A DNA stretch of 62,992 nt, counting the filler, from Octopus bimaculoides (lineage: Eukaryota), in the NCBI RefSeq assembly GCF_001194135.2. It is 5 parts of 5 records of this genome, joined end to end, with 100 filler letters (N's around TTAATTAATTAA, not from the genome) between each part and the next. Parts side by side here need not be neighbours in the genome. Positions count along the whole stretch, not along the records: positions 53,921 to 62,992 come from NC_068982.1; 4 more parts are not named here. One strand, 5' to 3'. The notes beneath the pieces were generated by a model that had not been told where the DNA came from, did not search any database, and saw nothing but the letters and a program-made list of their open reading frames with translations. The position numbers and the translations under genes were made by a program. Positions 62,920-62,992 of this stretch are shown piece after piece (the stretch's first letter is position 1; the number at the start of each line of letters is the position of its first letter).

Positions 62920-62992
<73 letters not shown>

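Overview
AT-rich, microsatellite- and SINE-dense animal genomic DNA from a gapped draft assembly. The repeat families and style resemble an octopus/coleoid cephalopod genome; this is an inference, as no database search was possible. The only gene I can identify is a + strand WIPI2/Atg18 (PROPPIN autophagy factor), present as four consecutive GT-AG exons (41389-41555, 44365-44559, 45616-45708, 46670-46740) that splice in frame and retain the FRRG motif. Its 5' and 3' exons are not visible, and the four exons lie in a 10 kb block bounded by artificial N44-TTAATTAATTAA-N44 scaffold linkers. The rest is introns/intergenic DNA with several tRNA-derived SINE families, RTE and R4/Dong LINE fragments, a mariner remnant, several MITE-like foldbacks, a 1.1 kb non-autonomous Helitron with both termini, and two G/purine-rich minisatellites (23 bp and 17-18 bp units). 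The most interesting unannotated signals are minimal type I hammerhead ribozyme motifs of the kind carried by Penelope-like elements: one at 3467-3519, an inverted pair inside a nested inverted repeat at 48275-48897 downstream of the last WIPI2 exon, and a decayed one at 53052-53086. Also notable are a CpG-decay boundary, a miRNA-like hairpin, and weak candidate exons of an unidentified upstream gene. Nearly all ORFs in the supplied track are microsatellite, satellite or N-gap artefacts. All alignments and folds were done by eye.
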